The notes under the pieces were generated by a model. That model was not told the DNA's origin, made no database searches, and saw only the letters and a list, made by a program, of their open reading frames with translations. A DNA stretch of 63,242 nt, filler included, from Folioceros fuciformis (lineage: Eukaryota), in assembly GCA_049999805.1 (NCBI GenBank). It is 4 parts of 3 records of this genome, joined end to end, with 100 filler letters (N's around TTAATTAATTAA, not from the genome) between each part and the next. Parts side by side here need not be neighbours in the genome. Positions count along the whole stretch, not along the records: positions 39,466 to 61,801 come from JBNGIO010005969.1; 3 more parts are not named here. One strand, written 5' to 3'. A program made the translations under genes and the position numbers. The stretch's first letter is position 1; the number at the start of each line of letters is the position of its first letter. Shown piece after piece: positions 39,466-50,304 of this stretch.

Positions 39466-40800
39466 GGCAGACGCAGGGTCCAGGCGCGGGCCCCGCCACT
39501 GCGGCGAGACAGAGCCAGCCAGCCAGCCAAGCGGGACTCCTGGCCTGGGCCAGCATCTCGGGCATTGGACTGTGTGCGGGCCGCGGCCCCAGCCCAGCCC
39601 GGACCCAAGCTCGGGCCCGGCCATGTCCAGTAAACAAACACACCGCCACCTCGTGGCATTTTACGGAAAACAAAAGAAACTCGGGGCCTGGGCTGGGCTG
39701 CATTTCCACCCCTCATCACTGACATGTCTTGCAAGCACGCACCTCTCACAACGGAAACTGCCCGATTCAGGCGTTTGAGGCTGGCTGCCATTCCAAATTC
39801 CCGCCGGCCTCCGCGCGCCCTCGGGTTTCCTGCTCCTGCTCCTTCTCCAACTCCTCCCCCATTTTCAAATCTCGCTTTTGAAGGTGAGACGTTGGGACTG
39901 GGCCCTGGGCCGCTGGGGGAATGAATATCCCCCGTGAAATCGAGTATGTCACCACGGCAGGCAAGGAGAGAGTCACACAATATGGGACAGTTGCATTGCT
40001 CATGATATGTAATTTCTTCATCGTCCTTGACAAGGCCCATCCATCACAAGGATGCTGCCTGTATGTGGGTTTGACAAAGAAGAAACATTACGCCAGGGCC
40101 TAGGTCACGGCTAGGGCCGGGGCCGTGGCCGGAGTCCTAGACTCCATCCCATGTGCGCTATCGTCCTTGCATTCGAATGCACGGTAGGGCCAAACTGGAG
40201 AAACCGGAGGCCCTCACAGGGCATCTTCACAGGCCCTTAGCTGGCCAGCCCTGCTCCGGATGGAAAGGCTACTGCTTGGTCACTGCTGTGGGCGACTGCG
40301 ACTCCACAAGCTCTCATCCATCAGTCAGCCCGCCGCTAAATGCAATCCGTCACCCCAGCTGACACACAGGTGGCATTGTACAAACGGCTCCAAGTCCTCA
40401 GTCGTAGCCTGCTGCACTGTCCAGAAGCAGAACGTGTACCAGCAGACATCAAGTCTGGAAGTCATGGCCGGGAATGCTATTCATGTGTATACATATGTAA
40501 CTTGCATGGGCCGGAGATCGACCGATCCCGAACCCCCACAGAACTACCCGAACACCCGCCTCCTACACTCCCAGGGCCGGGCGGCCCGAGAACCCACCCA
40601 ACCCACCCACCGGGAGAAAGTCCCACCTGCTTGTACTCGTGGTCCCTGTACACTGCAACAATAGGTAGGGCCAGGGACTATATCTATTGCTCTTCTCAGA
40701 AGACGTCACAGCCGTTTCGTCTAGCTCTGCCGACCCCGCATAATCGCTCACCATCCCAACTTCCAATCACCTCAGCAAAAGTATGTACGACCGCGGGCCG

Positions 40801-41256
40801 ATGAGCAGAAGAGATGAAGTCCAAGAGGCATTTCTTGGGCTTCGGACAAGCTCGCTAGCTTTTTGCAAGGCTTTTGACGCCGCTACACGGGACTCTCGAC
40901 TTATGCATGCACTTTTCCAAGCGTTGCCGGGTACAGAAGCCGCAAGTTCCAGGGACCAGACACACACCCAAGCTCCAATTAAGCCCACTCCTGTCCGTCC
41001 AACAAATCGTCTCCAGATGGCTCCCGCCCTTATCGCGCGCTCCCACCTCCATCATGCCAAAACACGAGAGTGGTGGAAACAACTTTTCGAAATACTCTGG
41101 AACGTCGTGCCCGAGGATGACAAGCCCTCCAGTTACTTCCCAAGGGATAGGCTGCGCAGGGACACTTCACGGCAGTCAGTTTACACAGTCAAAATTGAGA
41201 TATGCACTGGCCTGCTGAGGATATCAATCCACAACCTTCTGGAGCCATCATCGTGA
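40801..41256 (+). CDS. Possible small orphan protein (~151 aa)
   Basis: Single ORF MSRRDEVQEAF...WWKQLFEILWNVVP...VYTVKIEI with globular-looking composition, convergent with TAF1B. No family recognised. Confidence 0.3.
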   Translation: MSRRDEVQEAFLGLRTSSLAFCKAFDAATRDSRLMHALFQALPGTEAASSRDQTHTQAPIKPTPVRPTNRLQMAPALIARSHLHHAKTREWWKQLFEILWNVVPEDDKPSSYFPRDRLRRDTSRQSVYTVKIEICTGLLRISIHNLLEPSS

Positions 41257-41377
41257 CCCTCGTACAACATGTTGCATTGCGAACACTGGATTTGAGCATT
41301 GCCGAGAGCTTACGTTACCCTGCTGGCTTGTTCACGGCAAATGCACCCATGAACAGCCGGAATAACTGTGTCTAGAC

Positions 41378-44122
41378 TCACTGCTCCGTGCCGGGTTCCT
41401 TGTTCCCTTCTGTCCTCTCCCGCTCCAACCTTTGCATCGACGTGATGAAGGCCTCCGCTCCAACTTCTACTTTTCGCAAACCCTTTTCAACATGTTGGAC
41501 TGCGACATGGAGTGTTTTGGGGTGGACATTCAGAACCTTGGAGCAAACCTGCAGCACTGTAAAGTAGTCCTTGTGGACACTGAAATGCCCTGTTTTGCAT
41601 TTCACGAAAGAGTATCTCGTGTATCCATCTGAATGAGACCTCCCCAGAAATGGAGATGTGCATTTGAAGCCCATGCGGTCCATTTCTTTGATAACATCAA
41701 CCTTCCATCTCCTACCAACTTCCTCTTCGTCTCCCGGAAAAGCCAAAGATTCTACGTCCGGGTCGTCAGAATCCGATTCAGAAGATATCCGCTCTTCAGG
41801 AGATTCCCGTGCCTCGTTTTTGCCAGTGTCATGCAAACCACGGTTAACATTCACTCTGCTCTCATGGCTGCCCCATGGGCCCTTCGATTCCGATGCCTCA
41901 AGAGCAGCTTCACCTTTATTGCTGCCAGACCTGTCACCATCACCTGCCATATTTTCCCTTGATTTCTGGACAAAACAAGCCAAAACTCAGCCACGCTACA
42001 GGACATTGATTGTCCAGAAGCCTAACAGACTGCACAAATCTGAGACACAAAATCAGCTTAGCAGTTTTTGATGCAATCTTCACCTGCTTAGGCATCATAT
42101 CATTCTCAAAGAGCCGGCGACATCGAGCCTGAAACTTTTGTTCATCAAAACCAAGGTCCATTCGAGGAAATATAACATCCTGACAGTACTTGGTATAAGA
42201 TGCCAGGTCCTTCTCAATATCTGCACAGTCAAGCCAGACTGAACCTCAGTACTAGCATCCTCTCAGTAAACAAAAAAGACAACTGAGGAAAACAAGGGGA
42301 AGGCCACTGCTATGTTGCTACTGAGACTGAACATCCAACAACTCAGGCAAGCAGGAGTATCCCACAGTCAACCCACACATATAAGCATTCTGTTGTATAG
42401 GTTCAAGCTTCCCCAGCATTTGAGGTGCTGACCAGTCATGGCAGCTTTTAGAATCCGACTTACCCTTGGCTTTTCCAGCCTCGTTCAGCCCTGACTTGGA
42501 AGATGTCGGACCATCATGGTGTAACCTGTCTGCCGCCTCATTTGTCATCGCATCCTCTTCAACCCAGCTTCTTCGACCATCAAGGTTGTAAAACACTTTC
42601 AAGATGACAACCAACATGGCCATAACATACACACGTGTGGGAATGACTTCAAATCTTGCGGAGAGCCAAAGTTCCGCAGGAGTGTACCACTGGTGTAGCC
42701 TGTCCCCATAAATCATCAAATTCTGTACTGGAAGCCCTAGTTGAGTTGAAAAGCGTCTAAAGATACCATGGAAGTTAACAGGAGGCACCCGTAATCCAAT
42801 CCTGTCTGCTATGTGGCCGGCCAGGAACTCCACATTCCGCGCACTGGTCATGCTGTTTGGCTGGAACATGACCCGCACATTCAAAGGGAAGTGCATAGCT
42901 TCCTCCACGACGACGCCATTTCGTGTGAGGGGCTTAACCAACTCGGTGAAGGCTGCAAGGTAAGGCAACGACCCTTCGGACGCCCAGCCTGTGATGTCTG
43001 TGGGCAATATAGGCTCTCGAGCCATGTAGCAGGCCAAATAGAGCACGGCAAGAGTAATTTTCAATGGAACCCTCTGCTTAAGAGCTCGCAGCCACACATC
43101 AGTGGCTTTCACATTGAAAGACGTTCGAGGCACCTCTTGTCGAATTGCTACACCTTCCTTCCTCCTCTTTCCCCTCTCACCCCCCTCACAGTGATCCACA
43201 TTTCCATCTTCCTCCGTTTCCTCTACAGTCACTGCAGCACGTAAATACTCAGCACACGCTCCACAGGCTGCAATATCCGACACACTGTCATGCGACGAGC
43301 CTGAGAAGCTAGGTCACCTTTCTTGACTCGGCGCTTGTTGGGCACCCTACTCTTCTCAACCGCCTCAGCAGTATCCATCGCTTCCTGAGCCCAGTCTCGA
43401 TCATAAACGTGAGAAGCAGTCAGAAATCGCGGCCAGACGGAGGCAACGATCCCGCATATGAGAGGATTTACTTTGAACTTCTCCATCAACGTCTCGCACT
43501 GCATTTGCATAATCCGCTCGAGCCCTTGGATGTAGGTCTTCCGCAAGCTGTTGGAGAACTTCTCAAACAAGATGCTCTCCACCTGGGCCTTGAGCTTTGG
43601 GTCAGCCAGGGCGGCCAGATGGTTGCCCTCCAGGGACGCGTCCTGAGAGGAGGGCAGCGAGCCGTCGACAGCGGCCTTGGAGGCGGCCTCGATCTGTGCC
43701 GCCAGGTACCGGGCCGCAAACTTGGAGCCCAGACGCTGGGTGTACTGATACGCCACCTGGTGGGCAAAGTTGGGATACTGCGACCCGAACACGGTGTCCG
43801 GCCCGCAATCGTCCAGGAAGGTGGCAAACGGCGCATCCTCCAACTCGTCCCCGAAGATGGCCTCCAACTGAGACTGCACCTGCGAGGCCAGAGCCTCGTT
43901 GCGGGCCACGTTGTACTCTCTCACGTGGGCGCGGCTGAACGCGCCGTGCTGCTCATCGTCGAAGCACTCCTCCCGGAAGTTCTGCGACTGAGAGGCACAC
44001 ACGGTGCAGTACATGAAGCCATCGGCAGCAAGCTCCAGCTCCGTCCCTCCGCAGGTGCTGCAGATGTTCAGGTCGTCTGCGAAATCCATCCAGCTCTCCA
44101 ATTGCCTGAATTCCTGCTCCAC
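41378..44122 (-). CDS. TAF1B: RNA polymerase I TBP-associated factor B (TAF1B/RRN7, MEE12-like)
   Basis: N-terminal Zn ribbon CSTC..DGFMYCTVC, LAVLYLACYMAREPILPTDI..WASEGSLPY and C-terminal DYFTVLQVCS. An 86-bp phase-1 intron (43232-43317) reconciles the overlapping ORFs; further introns at about 42221-42377 and 41966-42083. Confidence 0.88.
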
Positions 44123-44635
44123 TCTGCCTCAGACAGAATTACTAGCCACAGCGCTGCTCTGCGCTGAGCTATCAGCCCAACCCTTGGCGCCCGTGTCAGA
44201 CTTTTGTGCGATTGGGCAAGAGCCGTGAAAGCAATTTTGGCGTCAGCTCAACGCACGCTCTACGATCGAAGCTCTTCCGTCTCTGGTACCACCTCTGGAC
44301 ACGACGCCAATCGACCCATAACCCTTTGAAATATATATCAAATTTATAAAACGAAAAATCTAGTTACCGCCTGTATATGAATATGGATATGGCGGGCCTA
44401 CTGGCCTGGACATGAGATGGGCAAGGAGGGCCGCAAGTGTGAGAGAATTTGAATGAAGCAGGCGGATGGACTGCAACACATCCTCCTTGCAACCACTTGG
44501 TTATGCTGATATTTGGGTGCGTGTGATAGTAGGTGCACATGACACGCTCGCCCACAATTCCAAGCATATTTGGACTCCAGCTCCGGCTGCCATCCTCAGG
44601 AAGTGAGGTTCGGAGTTCTGCTTGCTCGGACACAA

Positions 44636-47140
44636 ATGAATGGATGCCATTCATGCTGTATTGAACATGCTGTCTCCCCAAGAAGTGCTGGAAACGACCA
44701 TCGGTGGAAGGAGATACCCTGCACGGTTCTCCGACTTGACAAGTTTCACCAAGCAGCTGGAGTGGATTTGAAGCTGGCCATTAGGGACATGCAGGTGGAT
44801 CGTACTGCGTCGTTGGGCACGGGGAGATTGGAGCATGACACGGACCGTCGCAGGGCTGTAGGTGCAGTAACGGGTGAAACTGTGAGCAAGCTATGCGAGC
44901 AGGGCAAGCTCAGCGAGGCCGTTGAGGCTCTGAGTGTGCTGGTGGAGGGAGGCTGTCGTGTTTCCACCTCTCTGTTCTACTGTGCCTTGAAAAGGTGTGC
45001 GGTTGTGAAGGACCTGGTTCTGGGTCGGCGGGTGCATGCTCTCTGCGTGAGAAATGGGTACGAGGCGGACACGTTCCTGTGCAACCACATCCTGCGGATG
45101 TATGTTTCGCATGCCAGGTTGCCTGAAGCGATGGATGTGTTCACCTCAGTTGCTAAACCAGACGCCTTTATGTGGTCTTCCATAATTACTGCTTATGTCA
45201 AGGATGGACAACCTAAGCTGGCAATACAGTTGTACCGTCAGATGCGCAGTTCAGGTGTGAAGCCAGATGGCCATGTGTTTGTAGCAGCCTTGCAGGCTTG
45301 TGCCAGGGGAGCTGACTTGACGACTGGGCAGCTGGTGCATGCTGATGTGTTGGCCACTGGAGTTGAGCCTGATTTGTTTGTTTCTAATTGTTTGGTGGAC
45401 ATGTATGCAAAATGTGGCGGCTGGGAGGAATCTACGAGATTGTTCTACGGGCTTCTCAAGAAAGATGTAGTAACGTGGAATGCCATGATAGCAGGCTGTT
45501 CTCAGCAGGGTAAGGGTCAGGAGGCCCTTGAATTCTACGCTTCCATGCAAAAGGAAGGCTTTGCTGTTCCTAGTTCTGTGACATTTGTTTGCCTCCTGCA
45601 GGCATGTGCAAGCGTGGGTGTTAAGGCTTTAGAAACGGGCAAGCAATTTCATTCACAGATTGAAGAACGAGGACTTCAAGCAGATGTGACTGTAGGCAAC
45701 AACTTGATCAACATGTATGCAAAGTGCGGCAGCATGAAGGCTGCTGAGAGAGTATTTAATGGACTCTGTCAAAAAGATATTGTAACATGGAATACCATGA
45801 TAGCAGGATATGCACAGCAGGACAGGGGTCAGGAAGCTCTATGTCTTTACAGTACTATGCTGCAAGAAAGCACCGATGCGCCAAACTCTGTCACATTTGT
45901 ATGCCTATTGCAGGCATGTGCAAGTATCGGTGCTGCAGCGATGGAGAAGGGGAAGGATCTTCATGCTCAGATCGTGGAACAGGGCCTTCAAGATGGTGTC
46001 ACTGTAGGTAACAACCTAATACACATGTACGCCAAGTGTGGCAGTCTTGAGGATGCGCAGACAGTGTTTGACGGGCTGAGCCAAAAGGATGTGGTGACAT
46101 GGACTACTTTGATAGCAGGATATTCCCAGCACGGGAGGGGTCTGGAATCTCTTCGTCTATACAGTGCAATGCAGCATGATGGCCTAGCTGTCCTCGATAC
46201 TGTGGCATTTGTGTGCCTCCTGCAAGCATGTGCAAATGCCGCAGCTTTGCACATCGGTAGGCAACTTCATGCTGACATTCAAGAACAAGGGCTTGGGGCT
46301 GATTTGACTGTAGCCATCCATTTGATAAAGATGTATGCAAAATCGGGGAGCATGGTGGATGCACAGCGGGTGTTTGATAAATTGCCCCAAAGAGACGTTG
46401 TAGCCTGGACTGCGCTGATCGCAGGGTACACCCAGCAAGGTGACAGTGATGTGGTGTTCGACTTGTTTCAAAAAATGTGTGAGGATGGCGTACAGCCAGG
46501 CAGCACCACCTTACTTAGCCTACTGACAGTCTGCAGTCATGTGGGTCTGGTGGACAAGGGGCGAGACTACTTTGGTGCCATGAGCAGACAATATGGTATC
46601 AGTCCCACCACGGAGCACTACTCATGCATGGTGGACCTCCTGAGTCGTGCAGGCCAACTTGATGAGGCACTAGCGGTAGCGAGGACAATGCCTCTACAGC
46701 CGGATGCTGCAGTTTGGCGCACTCTACTAGGCGCTTGTCAAAGGTGGAGCAATCTGTCTGTGGCACTGTGTGCATTCGATGAAGCAGTGAAGGTAGATGA
46801 GAAAGATGCCGCAGTATATGTGTTGATGTCCAACATATATACCAGTGCTGAAATGTGGGAGGAAGCGCAGGAGATTCGGGTGAGGAGAAAGGGAATCGGG
46901 GCATGGAAGCAGCCAGGCCAGAGCTGGTGGACTGACACAGACGGGCTGGTTCATAGTTTCCTGGTTGGAGAGAAGCAGGAGTCCGATAGTGATGATAGGT
47001 GTCCTGGGGTCGGAAGCAGCCGGAAGAGCTTGGTGTACGTGGGAAGTCCATCAGCAATATCAGGAATGCAAGTTCATCTTTCAATTTACAATATTCTCCC
47101 GCCGTCGTTCTCAGATTTCTGGCCAATCGCGGCCCTGTGA
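44636..47140 (+). CDS. PLS-class PPR protein with E domains and truncated WW-type DYW (organellar RNA-editing factor)
   Basis: Repeated P-L-S triplets (DVVTWNAMIAG, MYAKCG), E motifs (EHYSCMVDLLSRAG, VWRTLLGAC, YVLMSNIY), then KQPGQSWWTD..VHSF with no HxE/CxxC/DYW. Start codon uncertain (44636 or 44789). Confidence 0.93.
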   Translation: MNGCHSCCIEHAVSPRSAGNDHRWKEIPCTVLRLDKFHQAAGVDLKLAIRDMQVDRTASLGTGRLEHDTDRRRAVGAVTGETVSKLCEQGKLSEAVEALSVLVEGGCRVSTSLFYCALKRCAVVKDLVLGRRVHALCVRNGYEADTFLCNHILRMYVSHARLPEAMDVFTSVAKPDAFMWSSIITAYVKDGQPKLAIQLYRQMRSSGVKPDGHVFVAALQACARGADLTTGQLVHADVLATGVEPDLFVSNCLVDMYAKCGGWEESTRLFYGLLKKDVVTWNAMIAGCSQQGKGQEALEFYASMQKEGFAVPSSVTFVCLLQACASVGVKALETGKQFHSQIEERGLQADVTVGNNLINMYAKCGSMKAAERVFNGLCQKDIVTWNTMIAGYAQQDRGQEALCLYSTMLQESTDAPNSVTFVCLLQACASIGAAAMEKGKDLHAQIVEQGLQDGVTVGNNLIHMYAKCGSLEDAQTVFDGLSQKDVVTWTTLIAGYSQHGRGLESLRLYSAMQHDGLAVLDTVAFVCLLQACANAAALHIGRQLHADIQEQGLGADLTVAIHLIKMYAKSGSMVDAQRVFDKLPQRDVVAWTALIAGYTQQGDSDVVFDLFQKMCEDGVQPGSTTLLSLLTVCSHVGLVDKGRDYFGAMSRQYGISPTTEHYSCMVDLLSRAGQLDEALAVARTMPLQPDAAVWRTLLGACQRWSNLSVALCAFDEAVKVDEKDAAVYVLMSNIYTSAEMWEEAQEIRVRRKGIGAWKQPGQSWWTDTDGLVHSFLVGEKQESDSDDRCPGVGSSRKSLVYVGSPSAISGMQVHLSIYNILPPSFSDFWPIAAL

Positions 47141-47437
47141 AAAGAGAGGAGAACCCATTCATTGGTGGGACGGCTGGGCATAGACTGACTGGAAACAAGA
47201 CCGTTTGCTTGTGTCCTGTAGATGAGGACACAGTTCCCCTTCCCGCTTCCGGCTAGAGGAATCAGGAGTGTCCTTCGCCGTGAATTTGAACAGCCGACGT
47301 AGCAGGTACATCCTGTAGGTATGTACTTACTGTGCCGGCCGGATTTGAGTCATGTACCTCATGTAGGGACACGAGGAAGCAGGAGAGAGGGTGGAGCTTG
47401 CCGTGCGGACCACGCTACAAGCTTGGTACGAACGAAT

Positions 47438-47475
47438 GCGTGTGCGTGTGCGTGTGCGTGTGCGTGTGCGTGTGC
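47438..47475 (+). repeat. (GCGTGT)n microsatellite upstream of the P450 ATG
   Basis: About 6 units directly visible. Confidence 0.9.
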
Positions 47476-47557
47476 CAAAGACCCCATGGAGTCGCCTGAA
47501 ATGGATCCTGGTACAGGCTTCGGGTAGGGAATCGGAGGATTTGCGAGGGCTTTGGCG

Positions 47558-49912
47558 ATGGCTGGCTGCCCATTGGCAGCACTGGGATTGCAGTCGAGCT
47601 TGCTGTACCAATGGGTCGTGGGGGCTGTGGTGATCCTGGCACTGGCAGCTCTGGGGCGGAAAATCCGCAAGCCCAGCAACCCGGGGCTAGCTTTGCCCCC
47701 AGGCTCCATGGGCTGGCCCCTGCTGGGGGAGACGCTGGATTTCATGCGGAGTTTCAGCAGTTCCAGAACTGCCTCCACCCCCTCCTTCATGCAGGCTCGC
47801 CGCAAGCTGTGAGCCCCGCAACCGTTGTAGCTGAGCTGCGTTATGTTGCAGACTGTGGACGGTGGCCAGACTTTGGAGATGTGCATTGGTCTTCGATGGC
47901 ATGTTGCAGGCATGGGGACGTCTACAAAACCAATGTGATGGGGACCAACGCTGTGGTTATCGGAGGGCCAGAGGGGCAGAAGTTCTTCGCGTCCTATGAC
48001 GGCAGGCTGCTTGAGACTCCTAATACATTCCGGAGCGTCATAGATCGGTTTGGATCAAACGCTTTGTTTTTGGTGAATGGGGATCATCACAAGCGTCTGC
48101 GTAAGGCGATGCTAGAGCCCTTCGGTTTGGGATCCCTCAAGGCTAGGCTCCCCGCCGTTGAGTGGCTCACACTGGACACGCTCAGAAAGTGGGAGGGGAA
48201 GGAGATTCTTCTGATGACGGAAAGCACGAAGGTACGTCTTTCGTGCTTCGTTTGCTTTCACCGGGGCGTGGGATATGAGAGCTGAATTATTTTTGGCAAA
48301 TCCAATGCAGTTCACCTTCAGCTTGATCCTGGATATGTTTCTTAGCCTGAAGCCTGGTCCCGATGTGGACTACATTTGGGAGCAGTTCCAGATGTTGAGC
48401 GATGGAGGTGTTTCTCTGCCTCTTAAAATTCCTGGAACCACCTATTACAAAATGCTGCAGGTAGTCCTTCCTTCGAGATGCACATGCTGTCTGCATGTCT
48501 GCCAAAGACGATTGAAGGCAGCCATTGATCAATTGGAAGCTTGCTCGTTGTGATTTCTGTCGCAACCAGGCTCGACAATTTTTGGTTCGGTACTTCCAAG
48601 GGGTCATTGACTCAAGGAGGAATTCAGATATCAGTAAGCCAGGCAAGCACTGTGTACATCCCAGCTCCGTGCTTCTTCAGGATCATGTATCATATTGCTG
48701 ACCTTGAGGGGCCTGATGTATGGATTTGTGTGAATTCTGAGTGATTGCACTGTTCTCAGAATCCAATGGGGGAGACATTTTGGACTTTCTGCTGAATCCC
48801 AGTCCTGGCGAAAGTGTGTCAGACGAAGAGATTGTTGACAACATCATCTTTGTGCTTTTTGCTGGGTATGATACTACTGCCCTTGCTCTTACATCGATCA
48901 TCCGCCGTCTTTTCCAAAACCCCGATCAGTGGAGCCTTCTTCAGGTGGGACTCAATAACACAGTTCCTGCCATGACCGTTTAAGAAACTCAATGAATGAG
49001 GACCGCTGAAATCTGCAGAACCTGCCATGCTTACCACTAGCCGCCTTGGTCTGGTCTGGAAACAGCGTGAGCATGACCGCATTAGAGAGAATCTTCAAGG
49101 GGATTCAATAGAGGGAAGATATCTTACTTGGGATTCTCTCAAGCACATGACTTACACGATGCAGGTAACCATATAAGAACGCTCATGTCGTCCGTTCCTT
49201 GCAGTACCTGCTGGTTCTGACGACACTCTTGCAAGCAATCCAGATTGTCTACGAAGTCACTCGAACATCAAGCATAGGGGAGACCTCTGGTCGTAATGTT
49301 TTAGCGGATCTGGAATTTCAAGGTACATCTTTATGCCAATCCAAGTGCTTTCATCAGCATATTAAACTGCAACTTTGTAGGCTGGAGCTGTCTCCTCAGG
49401 AACCCCCGACCTTCTCGCAGGCTACAGAATACCAAAAGGCTGGATGCTGTTCCTCGACCGAGACTCTGCTAATTTTGACAAGCGCACTTTCAACGAGCCT
49501 GAGAAGTTTGATCCTGCGCGATTTCAGGTAAAACGGAAACTTCTCTGCCATGGTGGGAATCTCCATGCTCCTGGCTTAAGTCTTGTGAATTCGCACATGT
49601 CTTTGCAGGATGGATTACCCTCCAACTTCAGCTGGGCTCCATTCGGGATTGGGCCCCACATGTGCCTGGGCATGGAACTTGCAAAGTTGGAGCTTTGTGT
49701 GTTCACCCACCACCTGGTCACAGCCTATACGTGGGTAGCGTTTCTTCGTGTCCTTGTCCTTAGCTGGTCGTGTCGGATACTGAACCACTCGCCTTCGATC
49801 TTTCAGGTGGAAAATGTTAACGGACGATTTCTCGTTGGATTATGGACGAGCCATGCCTCGTTACCGAACCGGGATTCCTATCATATTTGAAAGGAGGATG
49901 CAAGCTCTGTAA
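47558..49912 (+). CDS. Cytochrome P450, CYP85 clan, about 10 exons
   Basis: Membrane anchor, LPPGSMGWPLLGET, I-helix FAGYDTT, ExxR (EVTR), FDPARF and heme motif PFGIGPHMCLG, with short GT-AG introns. Confidence 0.93.
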
Positions 49913-50304
49913 GTGCAGTGAGCTTCTTCACGTGTCTGCATGCCAGCGAATTGAAGGTGGGCAGACGATTGGTGGAACTTCTTTCTGCTGGTGAGAATTT
50001 TCCGTTTGCCCAAAATCCAGTGCTGTCAATTATATTCCAGATGTGATATGAGGCTCATAGAAATTTCCTGGTCAAACGTGATTGTTCGAAGAGGCTGTCA
50101 TAGACTCTGTATTGTAAATCATGCCCTCTAAGCTCTGTAAGCGTGGCTGTCTCGTATAGTGTGGCTGTCTCGTATAAGGATACTTTCTTAGTTGAAATTA
50201 GATGAAAGTTATATCGATTAGTATTCTTTAAAATTAATTTTGATATTTTATTCAATAATGTTAGAAAAATTTATCTACTTTAAATTTAGAGAGATTTTTT
50301 TAAA

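Noticed and set aside
39466-40100. 208-aa minus-strand ORF or miRNA-like hairpin (GGGGGAATGAA)
   Set aside because: GC-rich low-complexity ORF with no domain. The match to the miR166 complement stops after 10 nt and no long stem is seen.
43229-43317. Apparent frameshift in TAF1B
   Set aside because: Resolved by a canonical 86-bp phase-1 intron.
43409-44167. 252-aa plus-strand ORF opposite TAF1B
   Set aside because: Antisense shadow of a GC3-rich coding exon.
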